Positions 23,859 to 31,602 of a stretch of 32,000 nucleotides of DNA are shown piece by piece (within the stretch, counting starts at the first letter, position 1; every line of letters begins with the position of its first letter). Source of the DNA: Delftia acidovorans NBRC 14950. GTDB lineage: Bacteria > Pseudomonadota > Gammaproteobacteria > Burkholderiales > Burkholderiaceae_C. The translations under genes were made by a program, and so were the position numbers. The stretch lies in NCBI RefSeq assembly GCF_001598795.1, contig NZ_BCZP01000025.1, positions 30,001-62,000 of the forward strand, in the 5' to 3' direction. The notes below the pieces were generated by a model. That model was given only the letters and a program-made list of their open reading frames with translations, was not told the origin of the DNA and ran no database searches.

Positions 23859-24938
23859 TCAGGCGCCGGGCTTGAGATCGACGTGGATATGGCCTGCCGA
23901 GGGGAAGGTGCAGCAGGCCAAGGCATAGCCGGCTTCCTTTTCCCTGTCGCTGAGGCAAAAGTCCGCCTCCAGCCGTGAACTGCCTCCCGTGATGCGGATG
24001 CGGCAGCTGCCGCAGATGCCGGCCCGGCACTGGCTGCGGATGGCAATGCCCACGCCTTCCAGGATTTCCAGCAGGCTTTTGCCGGACGCGGCTTCGACAA
24101 TCTGCCCGCTGTGCGCGATCTGCAGCTGGCATGCCTGCGCGGTCTCGCCTGGCTGGGCAGTGGATGCGGCAGGCGGCGTGAAGGCCTCGATGTGCTGTAT
24201 GGCACCGGGAAAGCAGGCCCGCGCATGCTCGCGAAAGGTCTGCGCAAAGGCGTGGCCGCCGCAGATGACCACCGCCTGGGGCTGGCCCAGCGCCAGCAGG
24301 GACTGCTGCGAGGGGCGGCCCGGCACGAAGGGGCCGTGGGCGGCAATGTCTTCGCGCGTGATGTGGATACGCAGGTCGAACCAGGGGGCCGTTTCGCACA
24401 GCTGCTGCAGCTCCTGCAGGAACGGAATGTCGGCCATGCGCGCAAAGCACAGCAGCAGCGTAGTGCGCGGCACGCGCCGGCCCTGCTGTTGCAGCCGGTC
24501 CAGTTCGCGCAGCAGCGCCAGCGGCAGGGTCAGGCCGATGCCGCCGGCCAGCATGACCAGGCAGTCCAGGCCCAGCACCAGGTCGGCCGTGATGTCACCG
24601 GCCACGTGGCCGAGCGGCAGCGTGGAGCCTGCGCGCAGCACCGCATGCATGTGGTCGGAGACGCTGCCCCGGCCCGAGCTTTTGACGGCAATGTCGAACT
24701 GGCCGGCGCCGTCGTGCTCGCTGCAGGGCTCGTAGCGGGTGATGGAGTACAGCCGCTGCTGCACGGCGCCACTGGCGTCGGGATGCTCGACGGCCACATG
24801 CCGACCGGGCCGCAGGCCGCCGAGGAACTGCGCCGAGGCGCCCTGCACGCGCAGGGTGTAGACCATGACGCCGCCCGCCTCTGCCCGTGCCGCGGCGCAG
24901 CGCGCCAGCGTGCTGCCTGCCTGGAGGGCGGCGCTCAT
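23859..24938 (-). CDS. FNR-type flavin/NAD(P)H oxidoreductase with C-terminal plant-type [2Fe-2S] ferredoxin domain (oxygenase reductase component)
   Basis: 359 aa with the RLYSIT flavin motif, the MLAGGIGLTLPL nucleotide-binding motif and C304-x4-C309-x2-C312-x29-C342. The start ATG overlaps the upstream stop as ATGA at 24935-24938. Confidence 0.9.
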   Translation of the reverse strand: MSAALQAGSTLARCAAARAEAGGVMVYTLRVQGASAQFLGGLRPGRHVAVEHPDASGAVQQRLYSITRYEPCSEHDGAGQFDIAVKSSGRGSVSDHMHAVLRAGSTLPLGHVAGDITADLVLGLDCLVMLAGGIGLTLPLALLRELDRLQQQGRRVPRTTLLLCFARMADIPFLQELQQLCETAPWFDLRIHITREDIAAHGPFVPGRPSQQSLLALGQPQAVVICGGHAFAQTFREHARACFPGAIQHIEAFTPPAASTAQPGETAQACQLQIAHSGQIVEAASGKSLLEILEGVGIAIRSQCRAGICGSCRIRITGGSSRLEADFCLSDREKEAGYALACCTFPSAGHIHVDLKPGA

Positions 24939-25897
24939 GCCTGCATCTCCTCGAGGACCGAGGACACCAGCGCCACGCTGCCGCCCAGGTTGCGGCCCGC
25001 AAGGCCGATGCGGTCGATCAGGCTTTGCACCGAGTCGGTGTAGACGCCGATCTCGTTGCTGTCGCCCACGTCGTGCAGGATGTCGCGCGCATGCGGCATG
25101 CCGACCATGGTGAAGACGGTGGACCAGGCGCCCAGTTCGTTGTTGGCGAACATCTGCACGGTCTTGAGGATGATGGAGCGCAGGTAGCTGCGCTCGCGGT
25201 TGCTCAGGCCCTGGACGATGTCGGTGGCCACCGAGCTGAAGACGCTGGAGTGGCTCCATTCGTCCACGGCGTGGGTGCGCGTGACCTCGTGGCAGATGGG
25301 CTGGATGGAGCGGTCCTCGGCCATGGTCTTGAGGTAGTCGGTGATCAGGGTCTCGCTGGCACAGGCAATGGCGAAGCGGGCCAGGCGGCGCTCCCATTCC
25401 GCGCCGCACTGCGCCAGCACGCCGTTGCGCCAGCCGACGAGGTTGAAGTCCGCGTAGTCCAGCGGCGCCAGGCCGCGCATCTCGTAGATGTAGTTGCAGG
25501 CCATGATGGACATGCGGGTGTGCAGGGCCTCGTCCAGCAGGGCCTGGGACATGACGTCCTGCAGCAGCGCCCGGTTGGCGCTGGGCGGCGGGGTCTTGAT
25601 GATGTCCTCGCAGGCCGGCGTGACCACGTTGCACTCGATGTAGATGGTCTTGAGGTTGTAGATGCCCCAGGCGTAGGACAGGCATTGGTCGCGCAGGTGC
25701 TGTGGCGCCTCCACCCATGCCTGGTGGTCGCGAAACGGCAGCAGCGAGGCGGTGAAGTCCTGCCGGGCGGGGTCGAACGCCAAGCCGCAGTAATCAGGCA
25801 GGTCCTGATTCACGGCCGCTCTTGACTTCCAGAGCAGGGACAGCTTTTTGAGCGCATCGCGCACGGCGTCATCTGTCCGAGAGATATCGAGATTCAT
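24935..25897 (-). CDS. AurF-family (ferritin-like) non-heme diiron oxygenase
   Basis: 320 aa. Candidate ligands are E88, E123-x2-H126 (DEALH), E182 (SETL) and H209-x3-E213-x2-H216 (HAVDEWSH). Their spacing matches the AurF set E101/E136/H139/E196/H223/E227/H230 as I recall it. Extended colinear similarity to AurF is seen by eye (RAAVN..DY, EWERR...ETLI, IQP). Confidence 0.85.
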   Translation of the reverse strand: MNLDISRTDDAVRDALKKLSLLWKSRAAVNQDLPDYCGLAFDPARQDFTASLLPFRDHQAWVEAPQHLRDQCLSYAWGIYNLKTIYIECNVVTPACEDIIKTPPPSANRALLQDVMSQALLDEALHTRMSIMACNYIYEMRGLAPLDYADFNLVGWRNGVLAQCGAEWERRLARFAIACASETLITDYLKTMAEDRSIQPICHEVTRTHAVDEWSHSSVFSSVATDIVQGLSNRERSYLRSIILKTVQMFANNELGAWSTVFTMVGMPHARDILHDVGDSNEIGVYTDSVQSLIDRIGLAGRNLGGSVALVSSVLEEMQA

Positions 25898-25980
25898 TTT
25901 TCAACTCCGTGTAATTGAACTTGGTTGATCTGAGTCAAATCGCCTATTCCCTCCCCCCGCTTTCTCCATCCGCCGCAATC

Positions 25981-26052
25981 ACCAATGGCGCTGCAAATGA
26001 CGATGCAAATGACGATGCACATGGCGCTTCAAATGACGCTGCAGATGGCAGA
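25981..26052. repeat. Six tandem 12-bp units (consensus about GCAAATGACGMT) in the divergent control region
   Basis: The units are ACCAATGGCGCT, GCAAATGACGAT, GCAAATGACGAT, GCACATGGCGCT, TCAAATGACGCT and GCAGATGGCAGA, read directly from 25981-26052. They lie 84-155 bp upstream of the oxygenase start. Confidence 0.8.
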
Positions 26053-26415
26053 TACGTTGTCATGGATTTCTTCACTCTGTCATATTCCGCCTTGAATCAA
26101 TCTGCCCGACTGCAAATTGCGGATGATTCCTGGCGGTATTGAATCTCATGACTTTCAACGTCTGGCGGCGAATTCTATGGAGACAGCGTGGATTCAAACA
26201 GACCTATTTTCGTCAATGAACCAGACCGCTTTTTCAACGGTTTACATTGGCATGCCACCTTAATTGGTCTGCTCACCCGCTGAAACATGGTCGGAATCAA
26301 GGCAGCTGCACTTTGTAGACTGCCCATTACCGATGCGCCCTGGTTTCCAAATCCTTCCATAACCCGGGCGCTGCCGATTCCCGTGCTTCAGCGCCTCCAA
26401 GACAGCCAATGCGAC

Positions 26416-27696
26416 ATGGACGATTTATCGCTCCCCAAAATCAATTCACTGGATCTTCAACAGGCAGACAGCGAGGCCTGGGATGCCATCGCGGCCGAGC
26501 GGATTCGCCAGTCGCGCTCGATTGAATTGATTGCCTCTGAAAACTTCGTGAGCCGCGCGGTGATGGAGGCGCAGGGCTCGGTGCTGACCAACAAATACGC
26601 CGAGGGCTATCCGGGCGTGCGCTACTACGGCGGCTGCGCCAATGCCGATGCCGTCGAGAACCTGGCCATTGCGCGTGCCAAGGCGCTGTTCGGCTGCGCG
26701 CACGCCAACGTGCAGCCGCATTCGGGCAGCCAGGCCAACCAGGGCGTGTACCTGGCCTTTCTGGAGCCTGGCGACAAGATCATGGGGCTGGACCTGCGCT
26801 CGGGCGGGCACCTGACGCATGGCTCCCGCGTGAGCGTGTCGGGCAAGTGGTTCCAGTCCATCAGCTACGAGGTGGACGCCCGCTCCCAGCGCATCGACAT
26901 GGACCAGGTGCGGCGCATTGCGCTGAAGGAGCGGCCCAGGCTCATCATTGCCGGTGGCTCGGCCTATTCACGGCAGATGGACTGGGCCGAGTTCCGGCGC
27001 ATTGCCGACCGGGTGGGCGCCATCTTCATGGCCGACATCGCGCACGTGGCGGGGCTGGTGGCCGCGGGCGTGTTCCCCTCCCCCGTGGAGCACGCCCATG
27101 TGACCACGACCACCACGCACAAGACGCTGCGCGGGCCGCGCGGCGGCATGATCCTCTCGGCCGACGCCGAGATCGCCAGGCGCATAGACGCCGCCGTGTT
27201 TCCGGGCCTGCAGTCCGGGCCGCTGATGCATGTGGTGGCGGCCAAGGCGGTGGCGCTGGGCGAGGCGCTCAAGCCCGCCTTCCGCACCTATGCGCGGGCC
27301 GTGGTGGACAACGCCCGCGTGCTGTGCGACCGGCTTTCGCAGGGCGGACTGTCCGTGGTCTCCGCAGGCACGGACTGCCATCTGGGCGTGATCGACCTGC
27401 GCCCCTGGGAGCTGACGGGCAAGGCCGCCGAAACGGCGCTGGAGCAGATCGGCATCACGGTCAACAAGAACGCCGTGCCCGGCGATGGCGCGCGGCCGCT
27501 GGTGACCTCGGGCATCCGCGTGGGCAGCGCGGCCTGCACCACGCGCGGCATGGGCGCCGACGAGTTCCGCGAGATCGGCGACATGATTCTTGCCACGCTG
27601 GGCGGCATACGCAGCGGCACCATGAACGCGCGCACGCTCAAGTCCATCCACGAAGGCGTGTCCGACCTCACCGGGCGCTTTCCCCTGCCCTATTGA
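26416..27696 (+). CDS. glyA: Serine hydroxymethyltransferase (PLP-dependent)
   Basis: Canonical SHMT: [57 protein letters not shown] and the PLP-lysine motif [18 protein letters not shown] chose the ATG at 26416 (MDDLSLPK). The track start at 26287 adds an implausible 43-aa extension. Confidence 0.92.
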   Translation: MDDLSLPKINSLDLQQADSEAWDAIAAERIRQSRSIELIASENFVSRAVMEAQGSVLTNKYAEGYPGVRYYGGCANADAVENLAIARAKALFGCAHANVQPHSGSQANQGVYLAFLEPGDKIMGLDLRSGGHLTHGSRVSVSGKWFQSISYEVDARSQRIDMDQVRRIALKERPRLIIAGGSAYSRQMDWAEFRRIADRVGAIFMADIAHVAGLVAAGVFPSPVEHAHVTTTTTHKTLRGPRGGMILSADAEIARRIDAAVFPGLQSGPLMHVVAAKAVALGEALKPAFRTYARAVVDNARVLCDRLSQGGLSVVSAGTDCHLGVIDLRPWELTGKAAETALEQIGITVNKNAVPGDGARPLVTSGIRVGSAACTTRGMGADEFREIGDMILATLGGIRSGTMNARTLKSIHEGVSDLTGRFPLPY

Positions 27697-27726
27697 GGCA
27701 TGCAGCGTCCGGCGTCTCCCAACCTG

Positions 27727-29241
27727 TCAGGGTTTTCGCAGCGCGTTGGCCAGGCGCAGCACGGCGGCCTCGATCTCGTAGGCCGTGAGGGAGGCATAGC
27801 CCAGCAGCCAGCCCGGCTGCCGCTGCTCGCCCGCGTACAGGCGGCTGAGCCCCTGCAGCAGCACGCCGGCCGCGGCGGCGCGGCGGATAGTGTCTTCCTC
27901 GGACCAGCCGGGCTCCAGCAGGCAGGGCACCTGCATGCCGCCCTGGGGCCGTGGCGCGGTGACGATGCCGGCCAGGTGCCTGCCTATGGATTCGAGGATG
28001 ACCTCGCGCCGCCCCGCGTACAGCTTGCGCATGGCCCGCACGTGGGAGTTGTAGTGGCCGTCTTCCATGAAGCGCGCCAGCGTCAGCTGCTGGATCTGGG
28101 GCGTGTGCCCGTCCATGATGCTGCGCGCCTGGACAAAGGCGCGCACCAGCTCCTGCGGCAAGGCCATGTAGCCCATGCGCAGGCCCGGGTACAGGGTCTT
28201 GCCGAAGGTGCCGATGTAGATGGTGCGCCCGTGCTTGTCCAGGCCTTGCACGCAGGCGGTGGGCATGCCGTCGTAGTGGAATTCGCTGTCGTAGTCGTCC
28301 TCGATGATCCAGCGCCCGCTCTCGAACGCCCATCGGATCAGGTCCAGCCGCCGCTCCAGCTGCATGGTGACGCCCGTGGGGTACTGGTGCGATGGCGTGA
28401 CGTAGACGCAGGTGGCGCCGCTGCGGTCGGCATGCAGCAGGTCCGTGCGAATGCCTTGCGCGTCCACGTCGATGGGCAGGACCTTGGCCTCCGCCGACTC
28501 GAAGGCCTTGCGGGCGCCGAAGTAGCCGGGGTTCTCCAGCAGGATGGGCCGGCCCGCGTCCACCAGCAGCTGCGCGCACAGGAACAGCGCCTGCCGCGTG
28601 CTGCTGAGCACCACGATCTGCCCGGCGTCCACCTTGGCGCCGCGCTCCAGGTTGAGGTAAGTGGCAATGGCCTTGCGCAGCGGCTCGGCGCCCTGCGGGT
28701 CGCCGTGCAGCAGGACGCTGGCGCGGTAGTCCTTGAGCGCCTGCCGCTGCAGCCGCTCCCAGACATCGGTGGGAAAGGTTCGCGTCTCGGGCAGGCCGGT
28801 GGCAAAGGCCCGAATGGTCTGCTGGTCGGCGATGCCGCCGCCGTCAACAATGGCCTGGCCGCGCCGGCTCAGGCCGGCACCGGCCCTGCCCGCTGCGGCC
28901 ACCTGGGCGCTGCGCTCGTGCTCGGGCGACCGGCCGCGCCGCGCCGCCCGGCCCCGCAGCTCGGTGCCGATGGTCTCGGAGACATAGCTGCCCGATCCCT
29001 GGCGCCGCACGATGAAGCCGTCGCGGTGCAGCTGGGTGTAGGCGTTCTCCACCGTGTCGCGGGCAATGCCCAGCGAGTCGGCCAGCGAGCGCGTGGCCGG
29101 CAGCTTCAGGCCGGGCAGCAGAGCTCCGTCCAGGATGAGCGCACGCATGGCGCGCTGCACCCGCTGGTGCAGGTCCAGCTGGCGCAGGTCGGCATCTCCC
29201 ATGCGGATCTTCAGGGTCTCAAGCTCGAAGGTCTTGCTCAT
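27727..29241 (-). CDS. MocR-subfamily GntR regulator (wHTH fused to PLP-dependent aminotransferase-like domain)
   Basis: 504 aa with an N-terminal GntR wHTH (LPATRSLADSLGIARDTVENAYTQLHRDGFIVRRQGSGSYV), a linker and a fold-type-I aminotransferase domain (YGDPQG, SHQYPTG, IYIGTFGKTLYPGLRMGY). Confidence 0.9.
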   Translation of the reverse strand: MSKTFELETLKIRMGDADLRQLDLHQRVQRAMRALILDGALLPGLKLPATRSLADSLGIARDTVENAYTQLHRDGFIVRRQGSGSYVSETIGTELRGRAARRGRSPEHERSAQVAAAGRAGAGLSRRGQAIVDGGGIADQQTIRAFATGLPETRTFPTDVWERLQRQALKDYRASVLLHGDPQGAEPLRKAIATYLNLERGAKVDAGQIVVLSSTRQALFLCAQLLVDAGRPILLENPGYFGARKAFESAEAKVLPIDVDAQGIRTDLLHADRSGATCVYVTPSHQYPTGVTMQLERRLDLIRWAFESGRWIIEDDYDSEFHYDGMPTACVQGLDKHGRTIYIGTFGKTLYPGLRMGYMALPQELVRAFVQARSIMDGHTPQIQQLTLARFMEDGHYNSHVRAMRKLYAGRREVILESIGRHLAGIVTAPRPQGGMQVPCLLEPGWSEEDTIRRAAAAGVLLQGLSRLYAGEQRQPGWLLGYASLTAYEIEAAVLRLANALRKP

Positions 29242-29318
29242 GCGGTCTGCTGCCTTTCATCTCATTACACCTCTTGGGCAGGCCATTGTACTGACGCAAA
29301 CGCTGCGCACCCATTGCA

Positions 29319-29367
29319 AAGTGGTCTGAAACAAGAGAGCGAAGTGTATGGATCATTCAGTCCACTT
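29319..29367. promoter_or_regulatory. Inverted repeat in the MocR/benE divergent region (candidate operator)
   Basis: AAGTGGTCTGAA (29319-29330) and TTCAGTCCACTT (29356-29367) match 11/12 and are separated by 25 bp. Direct repeats CCATTGTA (29283-29290) and CCATTGCA (29311-29318) lie nearby. Confidence 0.4.
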
Positions 29368-29432
29368 CGGCGCTCAAATACCCCTTTCCCCAGACAGCCA
29401 GGAATCCAACCCCCAAGGAAAACGAGAAGACC

Positions 29433-30689
29433 ATGCCTTCATCAGACACACACTCACCCCTTCGCTTCAGAGACCTCATCCACCCCGTTGTGGCCGGGCT
29501 GATCTCGGTCATCGTCAACTACGGCGGCACCTTCATCCTGGTGTTCCAGGCCGCCAAGGTGGCCGGCCTGAGCCCGGAACTCACGGCTTCGTGGGTGTGG
29601 TCGATTTCGATTGGCGTGGGCGTCACCGGGCTGGTGCTGAGCTGGCTCTCGCGCGAGCCCATCATCACGGCCTGGTCCACGCCGGCCGCCGCTTTCCTGG
29701 TGACGGCCCTGGCCACCACGCCGTATGCCGAGGCCGTGGGCGCCTATGTGGTGTCGGCCGCGGCCTTCGTGGTGCTGGGACTGTCGGGCTGGTTCGAGCG
29801 CGTGATCCGGCTGATTCCGCCCGGCGTGGCCTCGGGCCTGCTGGCGGGCATCCTGCTGCAGTTCGGCATCAAGGCCTTTGGCGGCATGAGCGTGGACCCG
29901 CTGTTGGCCGGCCTGCTGATCGTGGCCTATGTGCTGCTCAAGCGGCTCACGGCGCGCTATGCGGTGGTCGGCATCCTGGCGCTGGGCATGGCGTTCCTGC
30001 TGGCGCAGGACCGTGTGGACCTGTCCGGGCTGCAGCTGCGATTCGCGGCGCCGGTGTTCACACGGCCGGAATTCACGCTCAACGCCCTGCTCAGCGTGGC
30101 CCTGCCGCTGTTCCTGATCACGCTGACCGGCCAGTACATGCCCGGCATGCTGGTGCTGCGCAACGACGGCTTCAAGACCAGCGCCAACCCCATCGTCACG
30201 CTGACGGGCCTGGGCTCGCTGCTGATGGCGCCGTTCGGCTCGCACGCCTTCAACATCGCCGCCATCACGGCCGCCATCTGCACGGGCAAGGAGGCGCATG
30301 AAGAGCCGTCCAGGCGCTGGATCGCGGGCATCGCTGCGGGCGTGTTCTACATCCTGGTGGGCGTGTTCGGCGTCACGCTGGCGGCCGTGTTCATGGCGTT
30401 CCCGGCCACCTTCATCACCACGCTGGCGGGCCTGGCGCTGCTGGGCACCATCGGCGGCAGCCTGGCCAATGCGCTGGCCGACGCCAAAACCCGCGAGGCC
30501 TCGCTGATCACCTTCCTGGCTGCCGCAGCCAACATTTCCATGCTGGGCATAGGCGGCGCCTTCTGGGGCCTGGTCATCGGCCTGGTCGCCCATGCCGTGC
30601 TCAACGGCCAGTGGCCGCGCCGGGCCGCCCGCAGCGAGGCGGGCACCGGCAACGTGCCCGCCGCCGATGCCGCCATCAAAAGGAGCTGA
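29433..30689 (+). CDS. benE: BenE-family (benzoate/H+ symporter-like, YdcO-type) membrane transporter
   Basis: 418 aa and multi-TM. The N-terminal pattern AGLISVIVNYGGTFILVFQAAKVAGLSPE....SW and ITAWSTPAAAFL is typical of the BenE family. Confidence 0.88.
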   Translation: MPSSDTHSPLRFRDLIHPVVAGLISVIVNYGGTFILVFQAAKVAGLSPELTASWVWSISIGVGVTGLVLSWLSREPIITAWSTPAAAFLVTALATTPYAEAVGAYVVSAAAFVVLGLSGWFERVIRLIPPGVASGLLAGILLQFGIKAFGGMSVDPLLAGLLIVAYVLLKRLTARYAVVGILALGMAFLLAQDRVDLSGLQLRFAAPVFTRPEFTLNALLSVALPLFLITLTGQYMPGMLVLRNDGFKTSANPIVTLTGLGSLLMAPFGSHAFNIAAITAAICTGKEAHEEPSRRWIAGIAAGVFYILVGVFGVTLAAVFMAFPATFITTLAGLALLGTIGGSLANALADAKTREASLITFLAAAANISMLGIGGAFWGLVIGLVAHAVLNGQWPRRAARSEAGTGNVPAADAAIKRS

Positions 30690-30693
30690 AACC

Positions 30694-31545
30694 ATGCTTT
30701 CGACACAAGACACCACCGGCGGCACCGCCCAAGCCGCCGACACCCTGACCCGCCACGACCAGCACGGCCGCTACCCCCAGGCCGAGACGGTGGACGATTT
30801 CCGGCACAACCTGGCCACCGTGCAGGCGCGCATGGCCGCTGCGTGCCGCCGCGCAGGGCGCGACCCGGCCAGCGTGCGCCTGCTGCCCGTGAGCAAGACC
30901 AAGCCCGAATCCAGCCTGCGCCTGGCCCACGCGGCGGGCTGCCGCATGCTGGGCGAGAACAAGGTGCAGGAAGCCTTCGGCAAGTGGGAGGCCATGCAGG
31001 ACCTGGCCGATCTGCAGTGGTCCGTCATCGGCCACCTGCAGACCAACAAGGCCAGGCTGGTGGCACGCTTTGCCAGCGAGTTCCAGGCGCTGGACAACCT
31101 GCGCGTGGCCGAGGCGCTGGACCGCCGCCTGCAGGCCGAAGGCCGGGCGCTGGACGTGTTCGTGCAGGTCAACACCTCGGGCGAGGCCAGCAAATACGGC
31201 CTGCCGCCCGACGAGGTGCAGGGATTTGTCCAGGCCCTGCCCGCCTTCAGTGCGCTGCGCGTGCGCGGCCTGATGACGCTGGCCCTGTTCTCCAGCGAGG
31301 CCGAGCGCGTGCGCCAGTGCTTCGTGCTGCTGCGCAGCCTGCGCGACCAGCTGCGCCAGAGCGCGCCGGCGGGCATCTCGCTGGATGAGCTGTCCATGGG
31401 CATGTCCGGCGACTTCGAGATCGCCATCGAGGAAGGCGCCACCGTGGTGCGCGTGGGCCAGGCCATCTTCGGTGCCCGCGCCCAGCCGGACAGCTTTTAC
31501 TGGCCCGCAGGCGGCCCCGATCCCGCGGCCCTGGCACTGCCCTGA
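30694..31545 (+). CDS. yggS: YggS-family pyridoxal-phosphate homeostasis protein (with N- and C-terminal extensions)
   Basis: VRLLPVSKTKP (PLP lysine), GENKVQEA, WSVIGHLQTNKA, LSMGMSGDFE.AIE.GAT.VRVG. AGGAG lies 8 nt upstream of the ATG, and the start is 4 bp after the benE stop. Confidence 0.88.
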   Translation: MLSTQDTTGGTAQAADTLTRHDQHGRYPQAETVDDFRHNLATVQARMAAACRRAGRDPASVRLLPVSKTKPESSLRLAHAAGCRMLGENKVQEAFGKWEAMQDLADLQWSVIGHLQTNKARLVARFASEFQALDNLRVAEALDRRLQAEGRALDVFVQVNTSGEASKYGLPPDEVQGFVQALPAFSALRVRGLMTLALFSSEAERVRQCFVLLRSLRDQLRQSAPAGISLDELSMGMSGDFEIAIEEGATVVRVGQAIFGARAQPDSFYWPAGGPDPAALALP

Positions 31546-31602
31546 ACGCGCCCCCTCGCCACCCTTTTCGATTCAACCCTGACCCCGCTTGAGGACCTTG
31601 AC

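Noticed and set aside
23809-24450. Upstream extension of the GATase1 ORF (track ORF 23104..24450), and likewise the 619-aa ORF 23859..25718 extending the reductase
   Set aside because: The extensions run out of frame through the well-supported reductase and diiron oxygenase genes and are Arg/Pro/Ala-rich nonsense. Internal ATGs with appropriate spacing give full-length family-typical proteins.
25981-26052. The tandem 12-bp units considered as a CRISPR array
   Set aside because: The units are contiguous with no spacers, far shorter than CRISPR repeats, and degenerate. There are no cas genes.
25915-26142. 75-aa ORF in the oxygenase/glyA intergenic region encoding an (A)NDD-type repeat. I considered a precursor peptide or small acidic protein.
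   Set aside because: It starts at a TTG only 18 bp from the divergent oxygenase ATG, with no SD. Its third-codon positions are A/T-rich, unlike every supported gene here. The peptide repeat is simply the in-frame reading of the 12-bp DNA tandem array. Coding cannot be fully excluded without expression or conservation data.
26053-26415. ZTP (pfl), THF or other riboswitch, or a sigma-54 promoter, in the long glyA leader
   Set aside because: CTGGCGG occurs twice, but the complementary CCGCCTGGGC-type pseudoknot partner of ZTP riboswitches is absent. The nearest candidate is GCGCCCTGG, which does not fit. No TGGCAC-N5-TTGC spacing is satisfied. Only covariance-model scanning could recover a divergent element.
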